Below are positions 1 to 12,616 of a stretch of 64,000 bases of DNA, one piece after another. The translations under genes and the position numbers were made by a program. Source of the DNA: the human T2T-CHM13v2.0 reference genome, Homo sapiens; assembly GCF_009914755.1 (NCBI RefSeq), contig NC_060928.1. One strand, given 5' to 3'. Within the stretch, counting starts at the first letter, position 1; each line of letters starts with the position of its first letter. Under the pieces are notes generated by a model. That model saw nothing but the letters and a program-made list of their open reading frames with translations. It was not told where the DNA came from and did no database searches.

Positions 1-1454
1 ATCTTATTTTTGGTGAGTTAAAAAAATTGTGTCTTATCTCACATTCACTAGTTCTTTTATTTTCTAGATTCCTCTTAGGACTCTAGATGCACGGAGAGTG
101 GCCAGATTAATACAGACTGGCAAAAGAAGAACTTGGCAAAGTGATTTGATCACACACTTCTCACCCTCACATCTCCTGACAGTTCCCCTAATCCCTGCCC
201 CACTTCCCCGTCATGGGCTTCCATCAGGAAACTCCTTGATATCATCTTCGGTATGTACCTCATAAAGTTAAGAAATGGAATATTAATAACAACTTTTAAC
301 ATAATCTTCGCATACCAGAAGGAAACAAATGTGCCCAGCACATAATACAAATTTTAGCTGCTTTAAAAATCGTTTTTATTATAGACCTCTCCTACCCCCT
401 TAAGGAAATCAAAGTTGGGGGATTTATGTAATTTTCCCAAAATGTCGGTTAGGAAATGAGGAATTGGCTTTAGAACCCAAGTCTCTTCTACCAAAGCCTT
501 GTTTGGATGACATTCCCTCCTATATTTGCCCATAAAGCCTAGCATTTATTACTCTATATAATATTCACCTATGTACTTGTCTACTTTTTCCAAACTGAGG
601 GCAACTTGAAGGTATGGGATGCTTTTTGTTCATCCTTTTAACTCCAATCCAAACATGTATTTTGTGAATAACTGAAAGAGTTTACTTCCCCCATATTCTT
701 TTCAATTGATACTTTGAGGGAACTTAGCAATGTTTCTGATTTTTGCTTTATCCCTGGATATGGCTTTTGGCAACCCTTAGTTAAAATCTCAGCACCTCCC
801 AGAGACCTTGTACTATGAAATCCTCATCCCTAGCCAGTGCTGTTGTCTCTCAGGTCATAGCTAAAACCAACCCCTTGACTGAGGAGCCCCAGATAACTAT
901 TTGCTTGGTCTGAATTGTGGCCAGGAGTGAAAGGAGAAAAAATGGAAAGAAAACATGAACAATCCACTCTAGCAGAGAAATATCAATAGGCACAGAGAAA
1001 TATTGTAGTAACTGGCATAAGAGGTCATGCCTAAAAAGAACGAGTATAATGCTTGTTGCTTCATTGGAGCCATGAATGTCTTCTCAGAGGCTCTGCAGCA
1101 TTTTACTCGAGAGGTGAGACAAGCATCAGCTTGGTTCAGGTTTGCACTGATGTTTGAAATTTGTAGTAGGAGATAGATTTATTATTTAATTTATTTATTT
1201 AGATTTATTTCAGGTTTGAATCAATTCACCAAGTTTTGAAATAATTATATTCCTTTAGGCTTAAAATTTATTAAGTTAGTGTAGCTCATTTTGGTTTTTG
1301 TTTTATGCTTCCACAGAGGTCCTTGGTTACTGTTGAGTGATCAGCCATGGTTATTATGTTGAAGATGCTACGTTCGCATCTTGCTGTCTCTCTTACTACT
1401 GCTCTGTAGGAAATCCAGGGACCAAACAGGTCTTTATTATGATTATCAGCACTG

Positions 1455-2200
1455 TTTACTCAAAAAAAAGTTTACTGAATGCCTTCTGTGGGCCAGGTAT
1501 TGGAGGAGACATACAATAAGCAAATAAATATGTCATAAGTCAAGGGGGTGATAATTGCTATAAAGGGAAAATAAAGCAGGGCAAGGTGAGAGGGTGCAAG
1601 GTAGTAGGCAGCTGTAACTGCCTTATATGGGTGGGGCGGTGAGATTTGACTTCTTCTGTTGAGTTAGCATTTGGGAAGAAACCAGAAGGAAGAGAGGAAT
1701 TAAGCCATGTGGTCAACTGGAGGAAGAACATTCCAGGCTGAGAGAATAGCATGTGCAAAGGCCCTGGGGAAGAACACTTGATGTGATTGAGGAACAGCCA
1801 TGAGAGTGGAGGGGAATGAGTCAGAGAGCAAGTGGTAGAAGTCAGTGAGCAGCTGGAGACCTGGTGAAAGACTTTTGCCCTTGGAATGGTGGAGGAGTGA
1901 CATGACTTGCTCAATAGGGGAATGGAGAGAAAAGAAGTGAAAGCAGGAAGACCAAATTGGAGAATGCTGAGAAGAATCCAGTGTGTCACAGAGAGTGGTG
2001 GCATAGGTTGAGGTAGGACCAGCAGAGGTCATGAGAAATCATCAGGCTGTGGACACATTCTGAAAGTAATGCCATCAGGGTTGACTTCTGCACTGGAGAG
2101 GGACGTCAATGATGATTCCATAGCCTTGGGGCTATTTGGTACATTAGAATTGCTATTAACTGAGATGGAGGAACACTGTGTGAGGAGAAGCTTTCATGCT
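1455..2200 (-). mobile_element. L2 LINE fragment (3' part)
   Basis: Antisense L2 hallmarks: tttactgaatgccttctgtgggccagg, gaagaacattccaggctgagagaatagcatgtgcaaaggccctg, gatgattccatagccttgg. Boundaries approximate. Confidence 0.7.
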
Positions 2201-4589
2201 GAGTGGGGGCAGCAAGGAAAAAGAGGCAATGCGTTTTTCATTTTAAAGTTTAAACAAATCTAGCTGGCTTTAATTTTGGCATGGAAGGTCTTACATTAAT
2301 CTGCTGAGATTTTCTTTTGGAAGACAAATCTTCTCTTTAAGGCAATGAGTATGACTTTTATTCATCATAACTTAGAGGGACAATAAATTGAAATTGGTCA
2401 TGATAAAATACAAAATCTCTACAGTCAGTCTGTGTATACAACTGCCTCCCGTCCTTAAATAACAAGGGTGATTTTGTGGTGTAAAGTCAGGGAGCATATG
2501 GTTAATGTAAATACTGAATGAGCTATCTGGGATTTTAAAATTCTGGGCTTAGATTAGATTAATGGAAAGTATTTACTGAGGACCCAAGTACTACCTTTTG
2601 GATAATTTAGATCAGGGATTGAAGAGTGGCTTAGAAGTGTACTGAGAGAGGTCCTGGCTGCTGTGGTGGCTCGGAATGTTTTGATGGTTTTCCTGTGACA
2701 CATAGAGAAGAGATCATGCATGGATGACCAAGAAACCCCTGCTTCCCCTGCACAGAGATACTCACTAAGCATCAATGCTTATCTTTTCCTCTGTATGTGA
2801 GTAACTGAAAATTATTGAATTTGGATTTACTTTTTAATCTATTGGCTTGAAGTCCACTTTCTTTAACAATGAAATTGTCCTCCTTATTCAATCAAAGCCA
2901 CCAGAAACTTGAATCTGTCATAATGTTTAGTCAGAGTAGTTGGGAGGCAATAAAGCCCCCACGATTAATGTTCCCATAGGAAGTAGCCACAGTGACCTCC
3001 TCCAGCACTCATGCTAATAAGGCTTCCTGTGTCCTTGTCTGTGTGGAACAAATGCCTCTTCATCAACCAAGCACCACCAAGGCTGAAATTAGGAAATAGA
3101 GCCCTAGGAATAACAGACTTCTATAAGGAGGTGAGACTCTCTGACCAGCAGCCTCAACAGAGTAATCTTGTTTCTAAACATAGAAGCAATTTTAGGGCCT
3201 CTTTCAGGGCAGGGAGACAATTATTGCCAAAACAAATAAGGCAGTGTCTCTCTACCTCCGGCACTGAGTGAATTCCGTCTGAGTAAGGGCTGTAGCCGGA
3301 ACAGCAGCACATCAGTTTGGCTGGACCGTCCTAGGCTAAGGACTTCTCTGGATTGTCTTTGAACAGTTTAAGTGTGTCCTCTTAATTGATGGATGAGCTA
3401 ACTAAAGCAGAATGGGAGACACAGGAGGAGTGCCGTGAGCTTCACACCCATTTGCCTAACAACAAAAATGTACTGTATTCACTAGAGATGGAAGACTTTC
3501 GTCAAGAATGTTAATAACATTTGAAACTTCAGGATATAATTTCTAAGATGTCTAAAAATTCTGATTATGCCCTGAAATGATCACTTCAAATGTATCTGAG
3601 TGTCACAGAAAGATGGATTATGTTCTTCTCGCCAATTAAGTTAGAACTCTATAAATTGAATAAATGCAGTTTCCACAAATAGCTTTGGTGAGCTTCCAGA
3701 CTGTTGCTCATTAATGATCACTTAAGGGCATTCTTTTGGACTCCATAGCATCTACCTGCATCGAAGTGTTTTTTTTTTCAGGATTCTACCCTCCACTCCC
3801 ATCCTATAATTTAACTCCAGGATCTTCTCTTTTATCTCCACCCATCCATAGTAACTTCCACATTGGAGTTTTAAGAAAATGAAAGGTCAATCTGGCTTCA
3901 AAATTCATTTATCTTCTTGACCCTTGCCTTTTCATCTTGACACTCTTCGACTCTGGACAGCCTCTGTTTTCTTTCCTCTCTACTTTTGCTTCTGGGCTTC
4001 AAAGCAAACCACAGTGATCTTTTCCACTTTTGTGTACATACTCAAGGTCCTAGACTCACCTCCACCCTCACATTTACCCACTGACTTCACTTTCTATTTT
4101 AATGAGAATGAGATCACTTCATGGGAATTCTCTCTACTTCATTGCTCATTGCTTCTGTCTTCTTAATTATCCTGTCTTCTTTTGTTCATTCTCTTTTTTT
4201 CGCTTCCTTGTAACAAAGTAGAAATTCAGTAAGCATTTGTTGAATGAATAAATTATTGCTTCTTGATCCCAGTCCCTCAAATGGTAGCACTTTGCCCTGC
4301 TTCCTCCTGCCCTGCATGAAAACATAATTAATTTTATCTGTCTTAACAGTTTTCTTTTTATAAAAGACAATTTTTTTGATTATGCTTATTGTAGAAGGGA
4401 AAATACAAATTTTTTAATAAAATAAAAACTACTCCATAGAGAGAAAAACATTGATAACATTTGGTGTATTTACCTTTTAAAATGTTTTCATGTATTTTTT
4501 CAAATTAAATCACTCCTTTGTTTATTTAAAAACATTTCTTTAAGACTCTAATTTCTCTTACTTGTTGCAGTGCTTCTTCACTGAGTCAT

Positions 4590-5110
4590 TTAAAGCAAGT
4601 CACTTAATTTTTTAAAGCTTAAATTCATGCATCTGTGAAACTTGTAAGACCCATTGTGTTAATCCATTTTCATGCTGCTGGTAAAGTCATACCCAAGACT
4701 GCGCGATTTACAAAGGAAAGAGATGTTTAATGGACTACAGTTCTATGTGGCTGGGGAAGCCTCACAATCATGGCAGAAGGCAAGGAGGAGCAAGTCATGT
4801 CTTAAGTGGATGGCAGCAGGCAAAGAGAGAGAGCTCGTGCATGGGAACTCCTCTTTTAAAAACCATCAGATGTTGTGAGACTTATTCACTATCATGAGAA
4901 TAGCGAGGGAAAGACCCGCCCCCATAATTCAATCACCTCCCACTGTGTTCCTCCCATGACACGTGGGAATTGTGGGAGTTACAATTCAAGATGAGATTTA
5001 GGTGGGGACACAGACAAACCATGTCACCCACTTATATAATTATAGTGTGGAGATCAAAGGTAAGAATTTAGTACACAGCCTGGCACATAGTAAATGATGA
5101 ACAAACATTA
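4590..5110 (+). mobile_element. MIR SINE split by a THE1 LTR
   Basis: gcaagtcacttaa...catctgtgaaa lies before the LTR; cccacttat...cacagcctggcacatagtaa lies after it. Confidence 0.55.
4655..5026 (-). mobile_element. THE1 (THE1B/C-like) MaLR solo LTR
   Basis: Reverse complement matches THE1 (TGAcATGGTTTGtCTGTGTCCCCACC...GGAtTAAcACA). TG...CA ends; 5-bp TSD cccat (4650-4654) / cccac (5027-5031). Confidence 0.92.
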
Positions 5111-5214
5111 ACCTTTGTGATTTAGTTTCTCTTTTCACTTTTAAACTTCTTTAAAAGTTTGTCTTCTTTCATTACCTCATCGTTATCAACTATTCATTCC
5201 TTTTTCTTGAATAA

Positions 5215-6360
<1,146 letters not shown>

Positions 6361-6598
6361 GGAGTTCAGAGAAGATTGGTGTTACTAGGTGTTATTAGTG
6401 ATACTTGAGGATGGCTAAGGTATTTTGAAACTATGAAGTATGCATAGGCAGAAGGAATACAGGAACAGTTTGACTAAAGGTTTAAAGGCAGAATTAAATA
6501 TAGTTTAGTGATAATAAATTGGAAAAATATGTTAGGTATAGGTAAAAAGTAACTTCCTATTCTTATTATAATTTACGTCAAATTTTATTTATGGGCCT

Positions 6599-7147
6599 TG
6601 TATTAGTTTTCTTCTATGTTATATCACAAACCACAAATTTAGCAGCTTGAAAATACATGCATTTATTATTGCACAATTTCTGTGGGTCAGGAGTCTATGT
6701 TATATCACAAATCACAAATTTAGCAGCTTGAAACCACACACATTTATTATTGCACAATTTCTGTGGGATCAGGTTTCTGGGTCTTCTATGGGGTTCAATC
6801 AAGGTGTAGCCCATGACTGGTTTCTCATCTGCAGGCTCGATTGGTGAAGAGCTCACTTCTAAGGTCAGTCAGGCTATTGGCAGAATTCAATTCCTTGTCG
6901 CTATGGGATTCATGGCATCTTGGTTCTTCAAAGCCAGGAATGGAGGGAAAGAGATACTCTAAAATATCTGTTAGCAAGTTAGTAATATAATGTAACATAA
7001 CCATAAGTGTGACACTCCCTCATCTTTGCTGTATTCTCTTGGATATAAGCAAGTCACAAGTCACCCACCCTTGAGAGGAGAGGATCATACAGGCATGAAC
7101 ACCAGGAGGCAGGCATCATGAGGGTAACTTAAAAACTGTCTAGCACA
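6599..7147 (-). mobile_element. MLT1 (D/E/F-like) MaLR solo LTR with an internal tandem duplication
   Basis: tgtattagttttc...aaatttagcagcttgaaa...ggcagaattcaattccttg...catgaacaccaggaggcagg...ctagcaca; flanks ggcct/agcct resemble a 5-bp TSD. Confidence 0.8.
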
Positions 7148-8071
7148 AGCCTTCATTTCTGCTCATCAGTAGAAGTCATAGAGATGATCTGAAGTATTTT
7201 AATCTCTTCTGATTTAAACAATATTCTTTGGGTGAACTATTCAGTCCAATTAGACTAATTTCCATCTATTCAGTCCAAGTAGAAAAATATCTGTCTGTTC
7301 CCAGTTCCTTATCTGAGCTTTGTCTTGTTGTCAGAGTCTGTCTTAACCTTTCATCTTTGTCTTACCACTAATTTAACAGGGTCCATGTGGGAATAATCCC
7401 AAAGTGACCAGAAAGGGAGAGAAGACAGGGATGAAGGTGAGGTGGGCAAAACATGTGCCTACAAGACCAGGTGCAGGCCAGAGAAAAGAGCAGAAAACTC
7501 TTGATACTCAATTGGCTCCTTCACTGTAGATGATGTGCGATTTGAGTTCATTTAATTTGCCACATGAGATATTCCTAGAGCTTCTAGATGGCCACCACCT
7601 CACCATCTCACCTCTGTGGATTCTGTGGTGGATGATCCTATAGGGGCACAGTGGTGTACTGTCCAGTGGGAGGATCCATTCTACACCCCACAGACTATGC
7701 TGGTGAGGTAACTTTACTCTACAGTATTGCATTTTTGGGGAGTTGGGTGCTGTCAGGCCAGTTTATTCCTTCTACTACTTTCTATAGCCTTCTCTAGGCC
7801 CACAAGAGACCTAGGAATTACCACCATACCAAACAAGGCACCTCAGGAAACCAAGGGTGAGCTGTACTCTCTCCCATCTTGCTATGCCACATGCTACCTC
7901 TATGAAGTCTGGCAGTGCTGGGTAAGGTTGGCTTAGCAAAAGAAACAAGAAGCAGAGACTAGTTTCTTATATACAGTGTCAGTCCTCAATATCCAGTGAG
8001 ATTCTCTTGGCGATCCCCTTTCCACGAGGAACCTATTGAAGAGATGGGAGAGGCCGTGCATATAATCATTT

Positions 8072-8468
8072 TGTCTTAGTCTGTTTTGTGTTGTTACAGC
8101 AGAATCTAACAGACTGGGTAATTTATAAACAATAGAAGCATATTTGCTTCATGGTTCTGGATGTTGGGAAATCCAAGACTGAGGAGCTGGTATCTTGTGA
8201 GGGCCTTCTTGCTACATCATAACGTGGTAAAAGGCATCACATGAAGAGAGAGCAAGACAGGGCTGAACGTCCTTTTATAAAAAACCTACAATAACAAAAC
8301 CACTCTCAAAAGAACAAACCCACTCCTGTGATAACTATATTAATCCATTCATAAGGGCAGAGCTCTCATGACCTAATCACCTCTTAAAAGTTCCACCTCT
8401 CAACACCATTGCACTGGGGATTAAGTTTTCAGCACATGAACTTTGGAGGATACATTCAAACCATAGCA
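8072..8468 (-). mobile_element. MST (MSTD-like) MaLR solo LTR
   Basis: tgtcttagtctgttttgtgttg...agactgggtaatttataaac...atgacctaatcacctcttaaa...cattcaaaccatagca; flanks cattt/ccttt. Confidence 0.85.
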
Positions 8469-9340
8469 CCTTTCTTTCCTTTTCAATCACTGTCATTCCT
8501 AAACTCTCTTCTATTTTAAATTCCTTGAGTCTACCCTAATAACTTTCCTGGGTAGGGGAAAAATTGGGTCTTTAGGTTTGTGTTTCCTCAGCAACAGCTT
8601 TCATCTTCTACCTGCTGTTTCTTCATTAAATTTAGTAGTTTGCAAATTTGTGATGTCTTAGATCTATGTCTTAGGTGTGAAGGCTGAAGAGTTAGAAGGG
8701 GGTTGAAGTTATCTTGGGAACACTGGAGAAAGAGAAGCAGAACATGTGTATTGAGTTATTGCCATAACAAACATTCACATTACTTGGCATTTGAAAAAAT
8801 AGACTTTTGGGGGACAATGAAGGAGTGTGCCTAAGGGAGGAAGTTGGCGCCATAGATTGGACATGACAAAGGTGCCAGGCTGGGGTTTGCCTTGGAAGTC
8901 TGGCAGAAGAATGGATGATGTGAATTACTTGGACTCTGCTGTTAGTGACAGTCCTGTCCATCACTGTTTCTGATATTCTGAAATTTGTGATGGCTTAGAA
9001 ATGAAACTAAAAGCATTTAAAAATTTTGAGTAGAAAGTGAAATTTTCAGACTTAAGGGACTTTGAAGTGAAAAAAAAGTTGAGGCATAGAGCTTTAAGAG
9101 TCAATTTCCATCTTCGTTAGCTTTTTTTTCTTTACTTAAAAATATCATCTTAAAAAAAAAACACTGAGCCCTTTATCACAATTTTTCTCCATACTTTCCT
9201 CTTCTGGTTTATGGACTTCTGCATAGGAATTAGTAAAATTTGTAGGCAAAACTTTAGTTTCATATGGGACCCATTTAATTGTGTACCTTAAATCCATTGG
9301 AAAGCTAGAATAAGCTTTCATCTTAAGAAAGTTCTTTCTG

Positions 9341-9826
<486 letters not shown>

Positions 9827-10284
9827 TTAATTTAAATAATGCTTTATCTAAAAGTCTGAAATTTTGAATGATATAAGGGAAATTAAAATAATTGCCTTCT
9901 ATTTTCAATTAACTACCACTATAACCAAACCATAAAAATGTTTATTTTTTTGAAATACGAATTTTGGTAACATCCTGTATGTCTCAATGTAGCCTATTGA
10001 TTAAATAAATTATATAGGTATTTATATCATATAAAGTATGTTGTCATTAAAAATAAATCTGAAAAGTAAGTGATATGTGAAAATGCTCTTATGATGTCTT
10101 TAAAAAGTTTATAAATTAGTATGCATAGTATAATTTAATAGTTCAGAAAATTTTGAGAAATCTCTAGAAATATAAGGCAATATGTTAACAACTTTTTTTG
10201 TGGTATTATGAATCATTTTTATTTTAATTTTGCTTTTATATATCTTTAAATATTTCTTACATAAATATGTACTTTAAAAATCAG

Positions 10285-10418
10285 TTTTGTTTTTTTTTTT
10301 TAAGAGACAGGGTCTTGTTATGTTGTCCAGGCTAGATTTGAACTCTTGGGTTCGAGTGTTCCTCTTGAGTCAGCCTATTGATTAGTTGTGACTAAAGACA
10401 TGCACCACTGTGCCCAGC
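10285..10418 (-). mobile_element. FLAM (free left Alu monomer)
   Basis: Poly-T then agagacagggtcttg...gaactcttgggttcgag...caccactgtgcccagc; monomer length. Confidence 0.8.
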
Positions 10419-11332
10419 AAAAATTGAGATTTTTAAAAAATCAAGTTTAAAAACATGTTTTTCACCCAAGGAAAAATGGTACAGTTGCTTCTGAATCCAT
10501 GGTACCGACAATAAAATCATTCAAAACATGTTTTTCCTTCGTAAGATTTTGCAACAATAAGCTCTTGTCTTTATATAAGGTTGAGTAATTTTTATCAGGT
10601 TTTCAAGCCAGCATTCATTCAGGAACATTCAGATTTATGTAAAACCATTTTTTTTCTCTTGACAAAGATTAGTCTGTCTTGAATGACATTAAATGTCATC
10701 ACTCCGGGTTCAAATTATTGTGCATTTGTTTTCTGTGGGCTGGATTTTGCCTAATCTTCAATCTGTAAATACACTTTAAAGGTTTGTTAGAACCTGGTAA
10801 CAAATTATTTCATTACCTTGTTGAAGATACTGACAGTGGCTTTTATTTAATTTCAAGAACAGAGCATTTGCTCCTCTTTTTAAATGGGAGAATGTGTTTA
10901 TGATATTTAGAACTGTATGCTGACTGCATAGGCCTAGGCTTAGCAAGCTTTTTACATAGGCAATTTCAGCATGTTTCATATGGAGATTTAAAAAAATCTA
11001 AATTTTATGTGAAAAACAAAACATTCTAGGGTACTGGTTTGAAGCAATAAAGAGATTTGAGTGTCACTAAACTGGTGCAGTAATGCATTCCTGTAGCCAG
11101 TACCACTTGTGATTAAGGAGGATATTGAATATGAAGTAAAAAAATTACATAAAATTATGGATTAGCTATATCTTTAATATTTATATAGCATTAAGTCACT
11201 TAATATCAAAAGAAGGCCCAATGATGAAAACATAAACTAATAGGCTTGGAGTTGGTCTGTATGGGGAGAGATACTAAAATATGGAAAAGTAAAAAATAGA
11301 TGGAAATACAGTTATAATATAAAAGTAATTTA

Positions 11333-11762
11333 AATATATATGTACACATACATATATAATGAATATATATGTACACATACGTATATAATGAATATATATG
11401 TACACATACGTATATAATGAATATATATGTACACATACGTATATAATGAATATATATGTACACATACGTATATAATGAATATATATGTACACATACGTAT
11501 ATAATGAATATATATGTACACATACGTATATAATGAATATATATGTACACATACGTATATAATGAATATATATGTACACATACGTATATAATGAATATAT
11601 ATGTACACATACGTATATAATGAATATATATGTACACATACGTATATAATGAATATATATGTACACATACGTATATAATGAATATATATGTACACATACG
11701 TATATAATGAATATATATGTACACATACGTATATAATATATATGTACACATACATATATAAT
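11333..11762. repeat. 29-bp minisatellite (GAATATATATGTACACATACGTATATAAT)n
   Basis: 13 identical units at 11361-11737 plus a variant partial unit on each side; explains the three repetitive minus-strand ORFs. Confidence 0.98.
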
Positions 11763-11869
11763 AAATATATAATATAGTATGTATTTTACGTTTCTTATAT
11801 ACTTAGTATATATTTTATTCTATTTTCAACTACTTTCTTTAATAAATAGTTTTCCATGATTATCTCATA

Positions 11870-12250
11870 GCTTTAAAACCCATAATTTTTAATGTTTGTA
11901 TATATAATACCTCATCAGAAATAGAAGTTTAGCTCCCTGTTGCTGGATATCCATAGTGCTTCAATTTGTAGGTAATTATAAATAATGACATAATAAACAT
12001 TTTCATATAAACAGATTTGTATATATTTTCTATTATTTATAATACATCCTTAGAAATCGAATTATTGTGGGAGTTTGTATCAATTTATATCACCAAAAAA
12101 TATGCACTTATTTTAGTGCGCCTTTATTGTTATCATTTTTTAATTTAACTTTTGGTCTTTTAGCACCTACAGATGCCTCATTCTTTAAGGTTTGTGTGAG
12201 TTCTTCATTTTATTGTAAATTCTCTTTTTCATTCAGCTATAAATGTCTTG
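11870..12250 (-). mobile_element. Old L1M(E) 3' fragment
   Basis: ccctgttgctggatatcc...ataaataatgac...ataaacatttt...ccttagaaatcgaattattg is typical antisense L1ME. Confidence 0.55.
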
Positions 12251-12317
12251 TGAAGTGTAACACGATTCTTACTGCATGTTGTAGGTATGCTATTTCAGAC
12301 CACAAACTCACGTATAA

Positions 12318-12616
<299 letters not shown>

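Noticed and set aside
1558-2032. 148-aa and 110-aa minus-strand ORFs
   Set aside because: Entirely within an L2 relic with no recognisable domain or splice context.
11333-11762. CRISPR-like array of 29-bp repeats, or 141-181 aa ORFs
   Set aside because: Units are head-to-tail with no spacers and no cas genes, in primate DNA; the ORFs are artefacts of a stop-free repeat unit.
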